Source: Phoronis australis
Taxonomy: Eukaryota; Animalia; Phoronida
Length of the DNA stretch: 64,000 nucleotides
Direction of reading: 5' to 3'
Assembly: GCA_002633005.1 (NCBI GenBank)
Contig: NMRA01000162.1
Span: 551,632 to 615,631 of the forward strand
Shown here in pieces: positions 1 through 12,599 of the stretch (positions are counted from its first letter, which is position 1; each line of letters opens with the position of its first letter). The position numbers and the translations under genes are program-made. The notes beneath the pieces were generated by a model. That model was given only the letters and a program-made list of their open reading frames with translations, was not told where the DNA came from and searched no databases.

Positions 1-916
1 ATTTCTTTTACATACATTTGAGCAAACACCTTATAATTATGGATCCTTAAGTCATTACGATAAAAATGAAAGAAAGAACTTCATGATGCAATTTTAAATA
101 CTTCTTTACACATAAAAGAACATCTACAAATGTGACTTATACAAGGTTGGAGTAGTCCAAACTGAGAAGAGGCCCTACTGTGAGGAGATGCAGACATTTC
201 ATCGTATGTTATACTATTGCACCTAAGAGTATTCTGGTAATCGACTCTTTTGAACACAGCCCGCAACGCCCAGTACATATTTAAAATTTGGGATATAATA
301 GATTTTTGACAAAATCCCAACTCAGACCACAAATTACTTTGCAACACTATTAATACACTCGCACTTTTCGTCATCTACCATACAGCAAATGTGGAAAAGC
401 ATCCTAGAATCTGCATTAAGACTTACAATAGTATCAAGAGAACTAATCCTGGAACATGTGCGCCAGGCATATTTTAACAAATCCAGGAGCTACGTGTAGT
501 CAGTTGACGTTGACATGAACGTAGACAGGAAGCGGAGGAGCACCACGCTTACCCGATCTTGAATTGTTGCTGAATAAGGTGGCTACTTGAGTCAGTAGTA
601 TTTTCGAAATCGCAATTTTAGTGTTGTTTCACCCCGGTATATTCTGACACGTTTTCTTGGGTAGCTGGTGATTTTGTTCTTGTTGTCTACGAAAGTGGAA
701 TTCTATCACAATAAGGGGTATTGTGATATCAATGTAGTGAGACTGAAAGGCCTGCTTCAATTTTCGATTTTACTCTGATGGACAGGATGATATGGGACTA
801 TGACGTGACGGGTCCCTAATTGCTGGCACTGTAAAAATGATTGTTTTGCATTGTTGTCTGGGACACAATTTTAGCAACGCAAACGTGAAAGTGAGCGTGC
901 TCCAAACGTAGGGGAC

Positions 917-1288
917 TCAATGAGATGAATTAGTTGTATATCTCATTATGTAACGTGGACACAACACCTCGTTTTCTGGCACAATGACGAATTCATGCAA
1001 GTAGTGAAACTTTTTGGCATGAATTCTCTCTACGTAGGTGATTATGTTTGAGTCATGCAAATCGTTGTAAAATATCCCAATCTCCACAATGTCTTTCAAT
1101 GTTCTGGTCTGGAAATGCCTAGGATTGGTTTTGCTACCATGACCCGGCTTAATTGCGTTGCCTAAGATTGGGTTTGCGATCATGACCCGGCTTAAGTGCG
1201 TTAGCCAGATAGGGTTGAGACTGTTTACACCGTTACTCTTTGAGCAATACTTTTCAATTTTGATGACGTACTTTTCGGATATATACAA
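917..1288 (-). pseudogene. PARP-like ADP-ribosyltransferase catalytic domain, C-terminal half (remnant)
   Basis: ORF reads YISE..KIEKYC ... RVMIANPILG ... DLHDS ... EFVIVPENEVLCPRYIMRY. The order and spacing resemble the PARP catalytic motifs YF(A/S)..S..Y, V.LG, YDS, E(F/Y)VI and P.Y+I.Y. Contains a ~43-bp internal duplication (1138/1181). Confidence 0.5.
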
Positions 1289-1345
1289 TATATTTTAAGT
1301 ACTTAACTGTATATTTAGGCGGCACACAGAATCATTGGCGGAGAG

Positions 1346-1760
1346 GTGTTTGGTCAACCACTCAAGTTATTGGAAATAAGCCCGGAGCAGGTGGAACACG
1401 GCCAACTTTTGGATAACAAGTTAAAAGAACTGAACAAAAATGAGGTCATTGATTTCCGTATCTACAACATATTAAGACCGATGCATGGCAGATACAGTAC
1501 AACTTGGAGGAGCGTTCAGTACGTGCATTACTTCTTGACCTACGTGAAAAGTAAGTTGGAGTCGGTCGTGAGCGCAACCTTTTGATAGAACGTCTGAACA
1601 CCTGAGCCGAAGGAACCTCAAACCGGGGATTTGAGCACGTGCTACTTAAAACGGGTGTGAACCATTCTCCAAACCTAAATTTTGGATTCAAATCACTTAT
1701 GGCGGTGAAGCTTGTCCAAAGGTGTTTATTACTCCGATGAGAAGGAATTTCTGGGTTTAT
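1346..1760 (+). pseudogene. PARP-like catalytic domain, N-terminal half (remnant, opposite strand)
   Basis: ERNL (1570) ... GTS (1612, same frame, TGA between) and KGVYYSD (1718-1738, shifted frame) resemble the PARP motifs NE..LFHGT and G+YF(A/S)D. Stops and frameshifts present; catalytic His not visible. Confidence 0.38.
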
Positions 1761-2534
1761 GAAGACCTGACAGCTAGACGTTCATTCATACCGGCATTGG
1801 CTTGAAAATAAGCGGACGATTAGTGCCTCATCTCGATCACTAACGAACTGTCAGCGCCGGTATCACCAAAAATAAACCAAAGAGCAAATTGGGGCCAATT
1901 TCATGGCAGTATAGGATCGTAATTAAGTTATTTTTGTGGAAGGATTTATATTTATGCTCAAAAATTGATTTCTCATTTTTGTACTGAGATTTCCGGCCCG
2001 CTTCGGGTTTAAAATTCCATTAGTTATGACCGATAAACGTCTGCCACTAACTAACAAATTTCATGTTCTTGCGGGCCTTAACACTGTCTTGTCCTTTTTC
2101 TTTTAAATCAGCAACTTGCTCTTGTTTAATTAGTCGGAAGTTGATGCGCTAAATCAATTAGCAATGAAAGTTTAGCTAATCCTCTTTGGTGGACAATCAA
2201 AGAATGGTGAAAATTGGGCAAAACCATTCGCAAGTTGGACATAAAATCAGGAAATAGAAAATGGTGGAAACAAAACTATCGCAATATAAGCAAAACATAA
2301 ACAGTAAAAAGCGAAAACGTCTGATTACTGTTTACGGGGCAAAATATCAATCTTCGAAAAAGCTTTTGATTTTGGTTTGTGGGCGCGAGATCTATTCATA
2401 CCTGAAATTAGACTCCAAACTCTCTTTGGTATTTTCTGTTGTTCTTTAATACGAAATCAAGGTAGGTGCCTATTTCTCTGAGCTCGAGTGTGTTACGGTT
2501 ATTTCAAATAACCATCAAGCTCCAAGTTTGCGCT

Positions 2535-3045
2535 TTATCCTTGGATTGAGGAGAAATGTACAAGCTCAAGTGAAAAATTGAGATTTCGATTTCCGAATCC
2601 ATGTTGTAGCGTTAATACAAGGTCATCAGACAGTCTTTCACCTATACCATGGTGTATCTGAGCACAGAATAAGAAACATTTCTCTTGCGTTCGCGCAAAC
2701 ATAGAGTGGAACATGTCAAGAATAATTTCAAGTTCGACTTTGAGTACTCGGATCAATCCCACGCCCTGGAATTTTATCATTTCAGTTTGTCGGTCCGCAA
2801 GCTGAACCCGTTTTTGACATCCGTTGAAGTCAAGCTTTGAAGATTCATTTGAGCCTTCCAGAAAGAGTACTGTATCGTGTCGATATTGCAAACCTGCGAG
2901 TCTTTTATTTCCAGTTCCAACATCATTCATATTGATGCCAGTCTGGTCCATGATAGACTTGTTCTCCTCACGAAACAAGAATTAATGTGATAATCTGTCA
3001 CCCCTGGGACAGCCTCGGGTGATAAGAGAATAGTTAGAGGTGCAT
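2535..3045 (-). pseudogene. Fragment of receptor-family ectodomain exon, divergent discoidin (F5/8C)-like
   Basis: ORF 2535..2978 has DVGTGNKRLAGLQ..LFLEGSN..LDFN..IKFQG..VLKVEL..MFAR..KCFLF, resembling F5/8C DLG..K.+.G+.Q / LEGS / KVFQG / ARY. Homologous by eye to 8760-9010, 21590-21797 and (inverted) 3168-3437. Confidence 0.45.
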
Positions 3046-3167
3046 CAGTATTGAATCTCATTTAGAAAATACCGATGTTCAACATGCGGAGCCATTCAAT
3101 GACGGCATCCAATACTGATTAACGGTAAAACGTTGCAAAAAGTTTCAGGGCCCGAGGTCTACTCTTC

Positions 3168-4305
3168 GTGCTTATGATTGACCCCGAAATTGTTCCTGGT
3201 ACACTCTATTTTAGTGTAGCACTAACACAAGATAAACGTTCTCTTTCCTGCATTCGTGTACATCGTGGTTTACTTATAAGGCTGTTAAATTCCAACATGT
3301 ATTTGAAGACGCAAGCAATAACGCTAGAAATAGAATTCCGAAATCGAAATCACAACTTTTCATCTGAAACTGTAGCTCCAATTCAAAGGTCATCAAGTGA
3401 TAACTTGGACTACACACTCTCTCAACAATCACCGTAACATACTCGTGCGGAGTAAAGTACACACTTATTTCCATTTCGTATTTAGAGAAGAACGGAATGT
3501 GTCCCAAATTAGTCATTGTTCTCATTAGTGGTTGTTTTAGGACTGACAGTTTTCGTGCGGTTGCATTGGTTGGCTTGTTACGACGTGTCATTTCAAGGAA
3601 AGCAAACTATTGGACCTTTTAGCTTTTCTCGCGAATGTCTTGGGTCAACTGAACCCAGCTTGGTGCTCATCATCTGCTGTCTGTTGCAACAGTTCCATGA
3701 AATGTTTTTAAATGCGTACGTGTAATTCGTCGATTGATTTGAGGAAGAGAAAAGACCAAATTGTCAATTGGAAGGACGAAACCCATGTAAGCTGTTGTTC
3801 TTCACCGACCACTGCAGGGTCCGGTTTTATCAACGTCGTATCTTTGACTTTAAGTGACTCACCATTCATCATACATACTTATGAAGATGGTCGTTGAATG
3901 AAAGTACGGTCTGTGTGCTATATTAATCGTTTGGTGTAACTTGTGGTTCCAGCACAAAACACAACAGTCACTATCTTGGCTACGAACGGGCTTACAACCT
4001 TTGGTACATCGTTGTTTGCAATTCGTTGATAGTACGAAGCTACGTAACGGACTTTAATGTTTTGTTTGTTTCAGATCCTAGCTTCATTCTTGGAGTTGTT
4101 CTGTCAGACGCAGAGGAGCACTTTTATTACGCTTTGCATACGCGGCGCCCTCTCCAGGAAGTACGAGTGTGTTCCCAGAAGAATGATTCGAAAAGTAGCG
4201 GTAACGATCTCTCTTATACATGTAGTCCAAGAGACGCAAACGATCTTAGTTAGCATGTCTCAAAGTTCATACGTGACTGTCATTCGCAAATCTTAGTACA
4301 TGCAA
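3168..4305 (+). pseudogene. Decayed receptor paralogue (ectodomain fragments plus probable TM exon start)
   Basis: IDPEIVPG and TLEIEFRNRNHNFSSE match LSPEAVPG and TLQHGFGNRNLNFSLE of the minus-strand copy. IVNWKDETH (~3760) matches FVHWVDVTN (~17846). Phase-1 acceptor ttttgtttgtttcag at 4074 precedes DPSFILGVVLS. Interrupted by the Kolobok at 4310. Confidence 0.35.
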
Positions 4306-4309
4306 TTAA

Positions 4310-5968
4310 ATGCGAATGCCACCCAAACAACAACCTATTCTGTATCAATTTAGATCGAGTAGCTCCACTCGATAACGGCAGGTTCGGCTGCGTTACCTGA
4401 CACCTGACGGCAGACGGAGGTGTTGAAATTATCCAATGACGTAATTGGTTTCACACGCAGTCTGTTCAGTAGTTCACAACACGGATTAGTGGTGACAGCT
4501 TATCGCTTGAATTCATCTTTTAACACCAATTAATCGTCAAAAATCGATGTAAAACCGTTAAAAACACATCGAGTTCTTGTAAAAACGTGTTATTTTATTT
4601 CTCTGTCACGGATTTACTGGTATTGGGACACATCGTAGCCTACAAAGTTCGGCAGGCCAATTTACCAAGTTCTGTAGCAGGATTTTGTGGTTTTTTCGGA
4701 GATAAATTCGAAGTATTCCTCCGTGAAATGCAGACAGGAGAACCTAGATCTGTGTTGTTAATACTTTGTGATTTTTTTGAGTTCTAAACACACAAAACGC
4801 TTGTTATCCCGGTCAGTGGCTCGGAACCCGATCATGCTCGTCGCGATAGCCGGGACTGGCACGAACATAAAGCAGCTTGAGTTGGAAACTGAACCTCCAG
4901 TTACAAAAAGACTATAATAGTGAGCCAAAGAAATAATGTGCACGTAATTATTTATGTGAATTAGCCATGAAACTGAAAATCTACTTACTTGTCGGGGGCC
5001 GCGAAGTCGGGTTCCCCTTCCACAGACCGTCATTGCAAAGGTTGTACAGTAACAATGTTTTGAATAATGTATTTATATTTCTAAATAAAGATTCCCCTAA
5101 CACGTGACCATAGCATATAAAATCGAGTAATTGCTTCACAACAGCTTTCTGTCAGCGAACACTGAATTAACATGCGCTCACACGGCCTCGGTGCTCGGTC
5201 AATTACCTTTGTTGCCGGCATCAAAAGCCGGTAACGCAGTGGTTTATTCATTGCTGGCTTTTTAACACATTTGCACTTACGAGCACTCCAAGGCAATACT
5301 AATACTGTATCTAATGAGACAGACTTTGATTCGCAGTTTCCTATAAGCATTGGTTATGAGAATAATTCATTTCGAAACAAAACGCAGAATAGTAAACGTC
5401 TACACGGCAACTCACCAGGCGCCAATCCCGACTTAGTCAAGAGCTCATCCTACGAAGACTACACGGATCATTACTATATGTTTCACAGGCTACCGGTTCG
5501 AACCGGAATACGAAATACTAGAGAGGCGCCGTGAACATGCACAGGCAACGAAGCGTATGGATAGTTCTTTGGTAAACCGGAATTCGTCAGAGAAATCACT
5601 ATCGACGAAATGCCGGCCACAGACACAGAGATGTTTCACGGCCTCATACTTGCTATTAACAGCGTACCTTTCATTCTTCACTACCGCGAGCCACTTCCTA
5701 AGCATTTCAGGCTCTCTAAGAAGTCGAAAAAGCGATATACCCGCTTTCTTGGCAGCTTGATAGTTCGGACAAGCGGAAACCGATGCACCGCAATATAGCG
5801 ACATTCAATCTGCAGACGAACCACTGACGTCGCTGCGTCGCTTCTCACCTTCCTCACAGGTTAACGCGACACCCCTCGGCAAGGTGAGGTCAACCGTATA
5901 AGAAGCGATGTGGATATAGACGGATTAACTCGGTAAAAAAGACTAACTAAATCGGGTGGCATTCTCCT
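4310..5968 (-). mobile_element. Kolobok-type DNA transposon, internally deleted (THAP-bearing)
   Basis: TTAA at 4306-4309 and 5969-5972; TIRs ATGCGAATGCCACCC / GGGTGGCATTCTCCT. A second family copy at 60165 starts AGGAGCATGCCACCC. THAP ORF inside. Confidence 0.85.
5490..5804 (-). pseudogene. THAP zinc-finger domain (N-terminus of a Kolobok transposase)
   Basis: MSLYC..C.N...GISLFRL....RKW......VCGRHF.DSDF fits the THAP C2CH consensus; the conserved Pro is replaced. No DDE domain follows. Confidence 0.8.
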
Positions 5969-6734
5969 TTAAACTTATTGTCGCATGGGAATCCCCAATG
6001 ATCCAACTGTATTCTCCGTTTCCAAAGTCTCTTGACTTGCTGGAAGTTTGGTCACGCACTTACAGTATGTGAAAAACCTCCGAGGGACAGTTTGAAACTA
6101 CAGGAATATCCCAGGTGTCCCTCTTATATCAAGTAAAACGTTAGTGAAGTCGTTTTTACCACAATTTTTATTAGTTTGTACGCTTTCAAGTCATTTAACA
6201 TCAAGGCTTAAAGTTTCCCATTTCTTTTATGAAGATTTGAAGCATATTTGGTGTTTGTCCAAATAAGAAGGCCCACGTTGCTTTTTAAGATGCCTTTTGG
6301 CGAAAATTGTTGCCTTAAAACTGACGGGACTATGTTTTCAAATAATTCTCCTGCACCCAGTAGGCCCATATGAAGTTTGTAAATGTGAACACAAAAGCCG
6401 TGTGAGTACTAGAAGCTTGTATGTACAACCCCATTACAAACCAATGCTACTCACAAGTGCTACTTACTGGCTCTTACAATTTTGCATAATATGGTTTTCA
6501 AAGAATTTTTACGAAAAGTGGAATTTTTGATCTTCACAAAAGCTTAAGAACATACTTGCCTTATAACATAGTTACCCCCTGTTCTCTTCACTTTTCCTAA
6601 GCAAAATTTCGCAATCCGAAGTAAGTGAAACCTGTCATTAAAATACGTCTGGTTCCGCTTCCACCAGAATAGGATCACGAGGTGTGCTCTCGTTTCTAAA
6701 TCAACCAATGGCATTCAAGTAAAAACTAGGTCAT

Positions 6735-6970
6735 AGGTTTATACAAAAATAATTTTGGGTGGTCTGATTCACGGTGTACCAGGCGTGCGCAGGCCGCTCA
6801 TGTGGGCCCATTGCACTGATCACCTGGAACCATTTTTGTGCTTTATAAATAAGTAGTTTAAACCAAGCAGATGAGCTATAAGCTTTACTCAAGGGTCTAG
6901 CGGTGTGACACCAAACCAATACCTCGAATAATGAAAGCGAGCACCTATCACACTAGGCCACACCAGGTCG
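6735..6970 (-). mobile_element. Probable tRNA-derived SINE remnant
   Basis: Minus strand begins with A-box-like TGGCCTAGTG followed by CCCTTGAGTAAAGC, similar to the central CCTTGAGCAAGGC block of many metazoan SINEs. B-box degenerate. Confidence 0.35.
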
Positions 6971-8384
6971 TTAACTTTTGGCATCTTTGCACAAATCACA
7001 TCAACTTAAGGTAGTATTACGCAACGATAAAATAGCGTCGAGAGCAAGACATTTGTGTGAAAAATGTTGACATTTCTGCATATACTGTCGACTTCTCTCA
7101 CTAAATTGACCTTTTCTGTTTTGGTAAAGAAATGGTGCTGTTTTTGCTTCATTTAGACTTTACAACTAACACTGGCACAACTTTGTAAAATTTGTGGAAA
7201 AGTGTGTTCCAAGATTTAACAACGTTGTCGAGCGTGTCTACAAATAGTTATTTACAGACGGCTTACGTGTCTATAGCAACCCAGATCACGTCCCACAACT
7301 AACTAGCCAAGTGTCTTTGAATGACTGTTATCAGTTTCACCATATTGCTTCAAAACATTTAGCCTCCAACATGTCTTGCCACGTCAGTGATTAGCATGCA
7401 AATATTTTTTTTTTTTTAGAAGAAAGATCCTGTGTGGTGATCGGCTATGATGCGTTTTGCAGCCTAGGACATTACTTCCGGGCATCCTCAGAGGAACTGT
7501 CACGCTACCTGAAACAAAGTACGTACCAACTCTCAGAAAACACAAAATGTGGATATCTTTCTCTGTCAGCACAGCATGTCTTTAAAGGTTTTAGGTGACT
7601 CATAATCCGAACCCTAATTGTTTGTTCCAGTGATTTTGAAATGATGGCGTTTTACATTTTTTCCCTAAAGCCCCAAATAAGATTAGTAATTTATGATTCG
7701 AAAGTTATAATGCTCACTTAACTATCGTGGCTTAAAACTGAGTTTCTCGCTTAGATTCCAGAAACAGTTCAAAAAAAGATTCTTGCCGTCATCAGTAACA
7801 GATTTTTTGCAACACACCTGACCTTCAAAACCTTCCAGAAGTTGGTTTAATTGTATAAAGAGAGTGTGAAGGGAAATGTGCTTCTGCGCAAATTCCCTAC
7901 AGTCCACTTGGTATTTCGATTAAACATTTGCATGCTTACTAATTGCCAAAACAGTTGCCGCTGGTCCTTTGCGATTCAACATTTTTCAGTTATTGAAAGT
8001 GGAGTTCTTGATTTTTGCTCTTTCATGTAGAGAACCGTTCTTCTGTGCACACTTTCTTGCGCCAAAATTCCCACTTTACATTTCTCAAATTTCCGCTGAC
8101 AAATTGAGGGTAGCGCATATCGTCCTCGTTTTTGCGATTCAGCCGTAATTTGCTGAATTTTAACGTGTTTATAATTTTCCCGCGTCCATGTTGTGAAATG
8201 TTTTTCTTGGCGCAGCTCCATTTTATTTTGTGTTTAAACCGTATTTTCTTGAATTTCGGCCATTCCTGGATATGATCTTACCAAACTCTCAAAATATTTG
8301 TCTTGCGGACTGCACGCCTATTTCCCTTTCCTGTTTTGCTCGCTTTCTCCCCTTCTCTCCATGTCTCCCTCTCTCTCTCCCTAG

Positions 8385-9150
8385 AAGGGTCAGAGTCTTT
8401 GGTGTGCCCCAACGCCACCCTTCAAGACTTTACTTGGCATCATCTGCACTTGACCAATTCCCTAGACGAAGTATGGCGCAATGCCTCTGGATATAACGCT
8501 AGTGATATCGCTCGCATAATTTACTGTACTGATCAGGGCTTTCACCGAGTCTTTCCCGAATCCAAGGTTCCAGAATATATACTCGACAGATTTACAAGGA
8601 TGGGGACCAGAGAACTCAGGTATTCCGTTATTCAAATTTATGCGGTCAATGGCAAATTGATACCTCAAACATCGGCTGTTTGCGGGAAGAAATAATATTT
8701 CCAATTGCTCGGTGGAAGCTGCTTAACTGTTGATCAAGGTAAGTCTTAGGTAAGGGCTCAAAAGAATGCAGGGTCTACAGCTTGCAGTTACACGGAACCC
8801 TTGTAAAACGTGATAGTATTTTTTACGAAAATGGTGGCGAGGGAGGTCTAAAATGCTGGAATGGAGTATGAACATTTTCGCTACCGAAAGTGGAGGTAAA
8901 AATAAGGACGACCTAGGGAACCTAAAAAGTCCCGGTCCCCATAGTTTCTTGTAGTGTTGGGTACTGGCGCTGTCTGAAAGACCTGAAACGTTCAACAATT
9001 CAAAAGCTTTTATTTACTATATTGCGGTCGGTGAAGCTAACCTTCACGTTTTAGGTATAGATGGTGGTTGCAAGCCATTTCAAACAAAGGCCAACAGCTG
9101 ACTGTCACCAGCGTTACGTCTGACGACTACAGTAGTGACAAGAGCTTAGG
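8385..9150 (+). pseudogene. Receptor paralogue A, large ectodomain exon (Cys-containing N-terminal part plus discoidin-like domain)
   Basis: Long polypyrimidine tract + ctag acceptor at 8384; ~100 open codons (LVCPN..YCTDQGFHRVFP). Then in frame TSAVCGKK*YFQLLGGSCLTVDQGK (cf. F5/8C AWC...WL.VDLG), and after frameshifts KRMQGLQ, LEWSM..DD..G..F..LAL..NSKAF. Confidence 0.5.
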
Positions 9151-10969
9151 GAAAATTGTGACCTTGGCCAAAGTCATCTTCAGGGGTGATAACAAGCACA
9201 GGTTTTCGATAGATAGTTGTTACAACAGTAAGTAAGGAAAAATCCTGCGGTAGTTATGTGAAACTTAACCTCGTTTAAATATTAAACCTCCTTGCAGAGC
9301 CACCAACAGTTTTTGTTCTTGTTTTAAGAGATTGCACTTTGTGTTTGTTCTATAATTGCGCGTGATTCCACCATTGAACGAATGGGCTTAATTGAATGCT
9401 TCAACAGAAAGATAACCACTGTTTACATGATTTGATCAGGTTTGAAGATTGCTACTCGGTTTCAAATAATTAGCATTGAGCGGGTCTATAATATTGTACA
9501 CAATATACTACATGATTTATGATTCACGTGTAGGCTGTGTGATGCTCTTACATGTGTATTAAAATTTCATTGTTTAATCATGATCATTTTAAGAGTTTCT
9601 GCATGAAATGATAAGGCAGAACCTAGAAATCTGGGAACATGACTTGTCACGAAGTTGGTGTCGTATTATGGTCTTTTGGGTGACCTAATGAAAGTCCAGA
9701 CTTTCTTCATGAAGACAACGAAACAAGCAAATTTGTCTCAACTTGTTCGTCCATCATGCTCAGAACATTAGGCATATTCCGGCTTAATACAATTCTTTAG
9801 AAATATCTGAACAAAAACAAACACACAACTGTATGCAGTGATGTAACTCAATTCACTACAGACCAAAGCTAACGTAAATCACAAATCCTTAGTGTTAATT
9901 ATGTTTTGTTTTTGTTTACCACTTCCACTAATTGATAGTGCAAGCACCTAAAAATTAGAGGTCTCGTCAAAATCCTACTTAGCATGGGATAGTGTAAAAA
10001 GATACCAACAGGTCTTAAAATTTCAGGCTACTGTGCAGGAATCCTGGGTTTTCTCGTCCACAGCGTTAGTCTAAAACGATCCAGCTGCTGAGACAGCAGA
10101 TTATTAAATCAAAGAGTGTATCAGTTACTGGAAGTGTCTCAGATGTTCATCACATGTCAAGGCTTTTCAGCATCTCAGCACTGACACTAGCATTGAACAT
10201 ACATTTCATGTACGTCGCACGATTTGTTTGAAAAGAATTGTGAGCGGACGGTCGAGATTAATTAAGTGGTTATCTCGAACCAGGCTATCGACGCACCGAA
10301 AGCTATTCTCACCGATCGGTTACAAATAGCGGGGCCTGCAGGGGAAAAGTGACAGAAGGACAATTTTACGGCAACTGATAATTTTTTAAGACTAAAAGTA
10401 TGCCAGTTATTAATCATTACACCTAGGTGTGCAAATAAGCTGTACGTCAAAAAATCTGCGTTATGTGATGGTCTTACTTCTGCCTGAAGTTCTCGTGCAG
10501 TCTTAAACTAGGTAAGGATTCAACCTTCTTCCCTTTAGTGTAAGTCGCAGTGGAAGTTGCTTGTCTAAGCGCATGCATAATGCACTAACCAATAACACCA
10601 AGGTCGTAACTACTGTGATGTGTGCAAAGTTTTGGTATTAGTTTAGGAATTGTCATGGTTATACAGAGCCGAACCTAACAGCATTCGGTATTGCTACGAC
10701 TATTACCAAAGTCGAATGTCGGGCTGTTCACCATAACATGTCACTGCAGATGGTGATGTGAAAGTACATGTATATGATGTCATTCTTATTGAAACCACAA
10801 AACCAATCTGATACACCGCTTGTCAGTCTCTTTGCAAGTGATCCTTAGACCAAAGGCTTGTTCCTTGAGGGCAACCTTCAACTTTGTGTAGGATTTTTTT
10901 ATCCCCGAGGACCCAAGTCCCTAGTTTAATTTCGCTCATTTCACAATTCGTGTTTGTTATACTTTGCAG

Positions 10970-11247
10970 AACCATACGGCACTTCCTGCCCCTGTACGTA
11001 CTCCAGTGACTGCATTTCGCATGCCTGCTTGCCCTGCTCGGCAGGCTTCAGAAGTCGTTATTTGGGGAGCGTTGACAGCCAGCCAACGTGCAATCGCCAG
11101 CGTTTCTGTAAGGATGACGTAGAGGGCGTGGTTGCCGTGGACGTGAAATACGAAGCGTTCAAGAAACTGAAGGAAAACGCTCAGAAACAAATCGTTGGTT
11201 TCAAATGTGAAGAACGGTTTGTGTATTGCATCCGGTTCACATGCTGA
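10970..11247 (+). pseudogene. Cys-rich TNFR-like exon (receptor paralogue A)
   Basis: Phase-1 acceptor tactttgcag at 10969; SCPCTYSSDCISHACLPCSAGFRSRY..QPTCNRQRFC resembles the TNFR repeat C.PC..G..S....C.....C. Confidence 0.45.
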
Positions 11248-11933
11248 CTAAAACGCTCGCGTTTTCGCTAGCAATTCTCTCATAGCAAAAAGGGCAGTAT
11301 TGTGAAGATTAGCAAGGCTCACATTTGCTGGCGCTTTACCGGATGTTTGAGGTACACCAAAACTAATGGCGTTTTGGGTAGCACTTTTGTAGCCAAACGG
11401 CTTACTTCAGAGGACAAACATGCACAGGGGTCAGCGACATTTGGTATACTGTCACCTTTATGATTTGTGGTACAGAGTGAACGTGTTGTGGCATCAATAT
11501 TAGTTTATGAATGCCTAGGTCCCGATAAAAGAAATTCAATGCAGTCCAACATTGCTGTTTCGCCGAGAACTCGTCTGTCAGGCTAAAATGCCAGCGTTTT
11601 TGCCAGTGAATCTGCTTATGTTTTCGCCACTCATGATCGCTAGTATTAGAAGGTTTTTTGACGCAGGAGAGTCTAAATCTTCGGATTGGTAGTAATTTTG
11701 AGATGTTTTGATTGAGTTATTGATATATCTGAACTTAAATCACTTCGAATACTAACACCACCAGATAATTCATTGGTTTGGAGCATGATGGTGGTAGGGA
11801 TGAACAACTTCCGTCAAAACAGGCGCTCATTCAGTATTGTTCTATGGAACACGATTAAAGAAGTGCTACCTTTCTGATATGTTATGACAACTGGTAACGC
11901 ATGGTTCTAAGCTCTAGTATGTAGCTTTTCCAG

Positions 11934-12110
11934 AACTGTATTGGAATGATGGAAGAAGTTCTTCTATTCTTGCAAAAACTGAAAATTGCCTCAGAATTTT
12001 GCAAACTGGTTGTCACTTGTGTTTTCGCCAGTGTGCGAGGTGAATCTGTTCCTGTTATCAGGGTCAAATTTGATACGGATAGATTCCTTGCACTTCAGCT
12101 TCGAATATGA
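11934..12110 (+). pseudogene. Exon remnant of receptor paralogue A
   Basis: Acceptor cttttccag at 11933; KIASEFCKLV..GE matches EEASEFCMGLV..GE at ~24865 at both DNA and protein level. Confidence 0.35.
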
Positions 12111-12599
12111 CGACTACCTGTTTATTATGGAAGTATTATCTCAACCACTTGCAGGATACGTTTTAGAAAAACATCTGTACGGATGAATTGACCACACAGC
12201 GTAAAGCCTATGGGTCAGTTTGGATAGCCTTTTTGCCTTGTTAGTTTTTGTCAATTTTCGCCTAGAATTTTAATGGGCTCGTTTAGCGGGAAGGAAATGA
12301 ATAAAATTGAGCACATTGGTATAATGTTAGGGAAATGTTAAACATTTCTAAAAAACACCGCAAACAATTTGTGCTGATGACCTGGTGGCTGACATGCACA
12401 AAGTCCAATATGGCCGCTGCAGAAAACGAAGATTGACATATCTCGGCTATTATTATCTCTAGAACATATTGTAATACCATGTTTTCAGTAATTTTGGGGA
12501 TGAAGAGTTCATTTTTGGTGTTAGTTTTATGTTTGGGGCCATTTAAATCTGTGTATACTGTCTGTAGACTGAAATTGCCAATCGCCTGGCCCCGCGCAG

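Noticed and set aside
81-374. Additional receptor exon (KIAS motif)
   Set aside because: The similarity to ~11982 is only about four residues, which is insufficient.
8500-8620. LRR protein (YCTDQGFHRVFP as an LRRNT cap)
   Set aside because: No LxxLxLxxN repeats follow; the frame instead continues into discoidin-like motifs.
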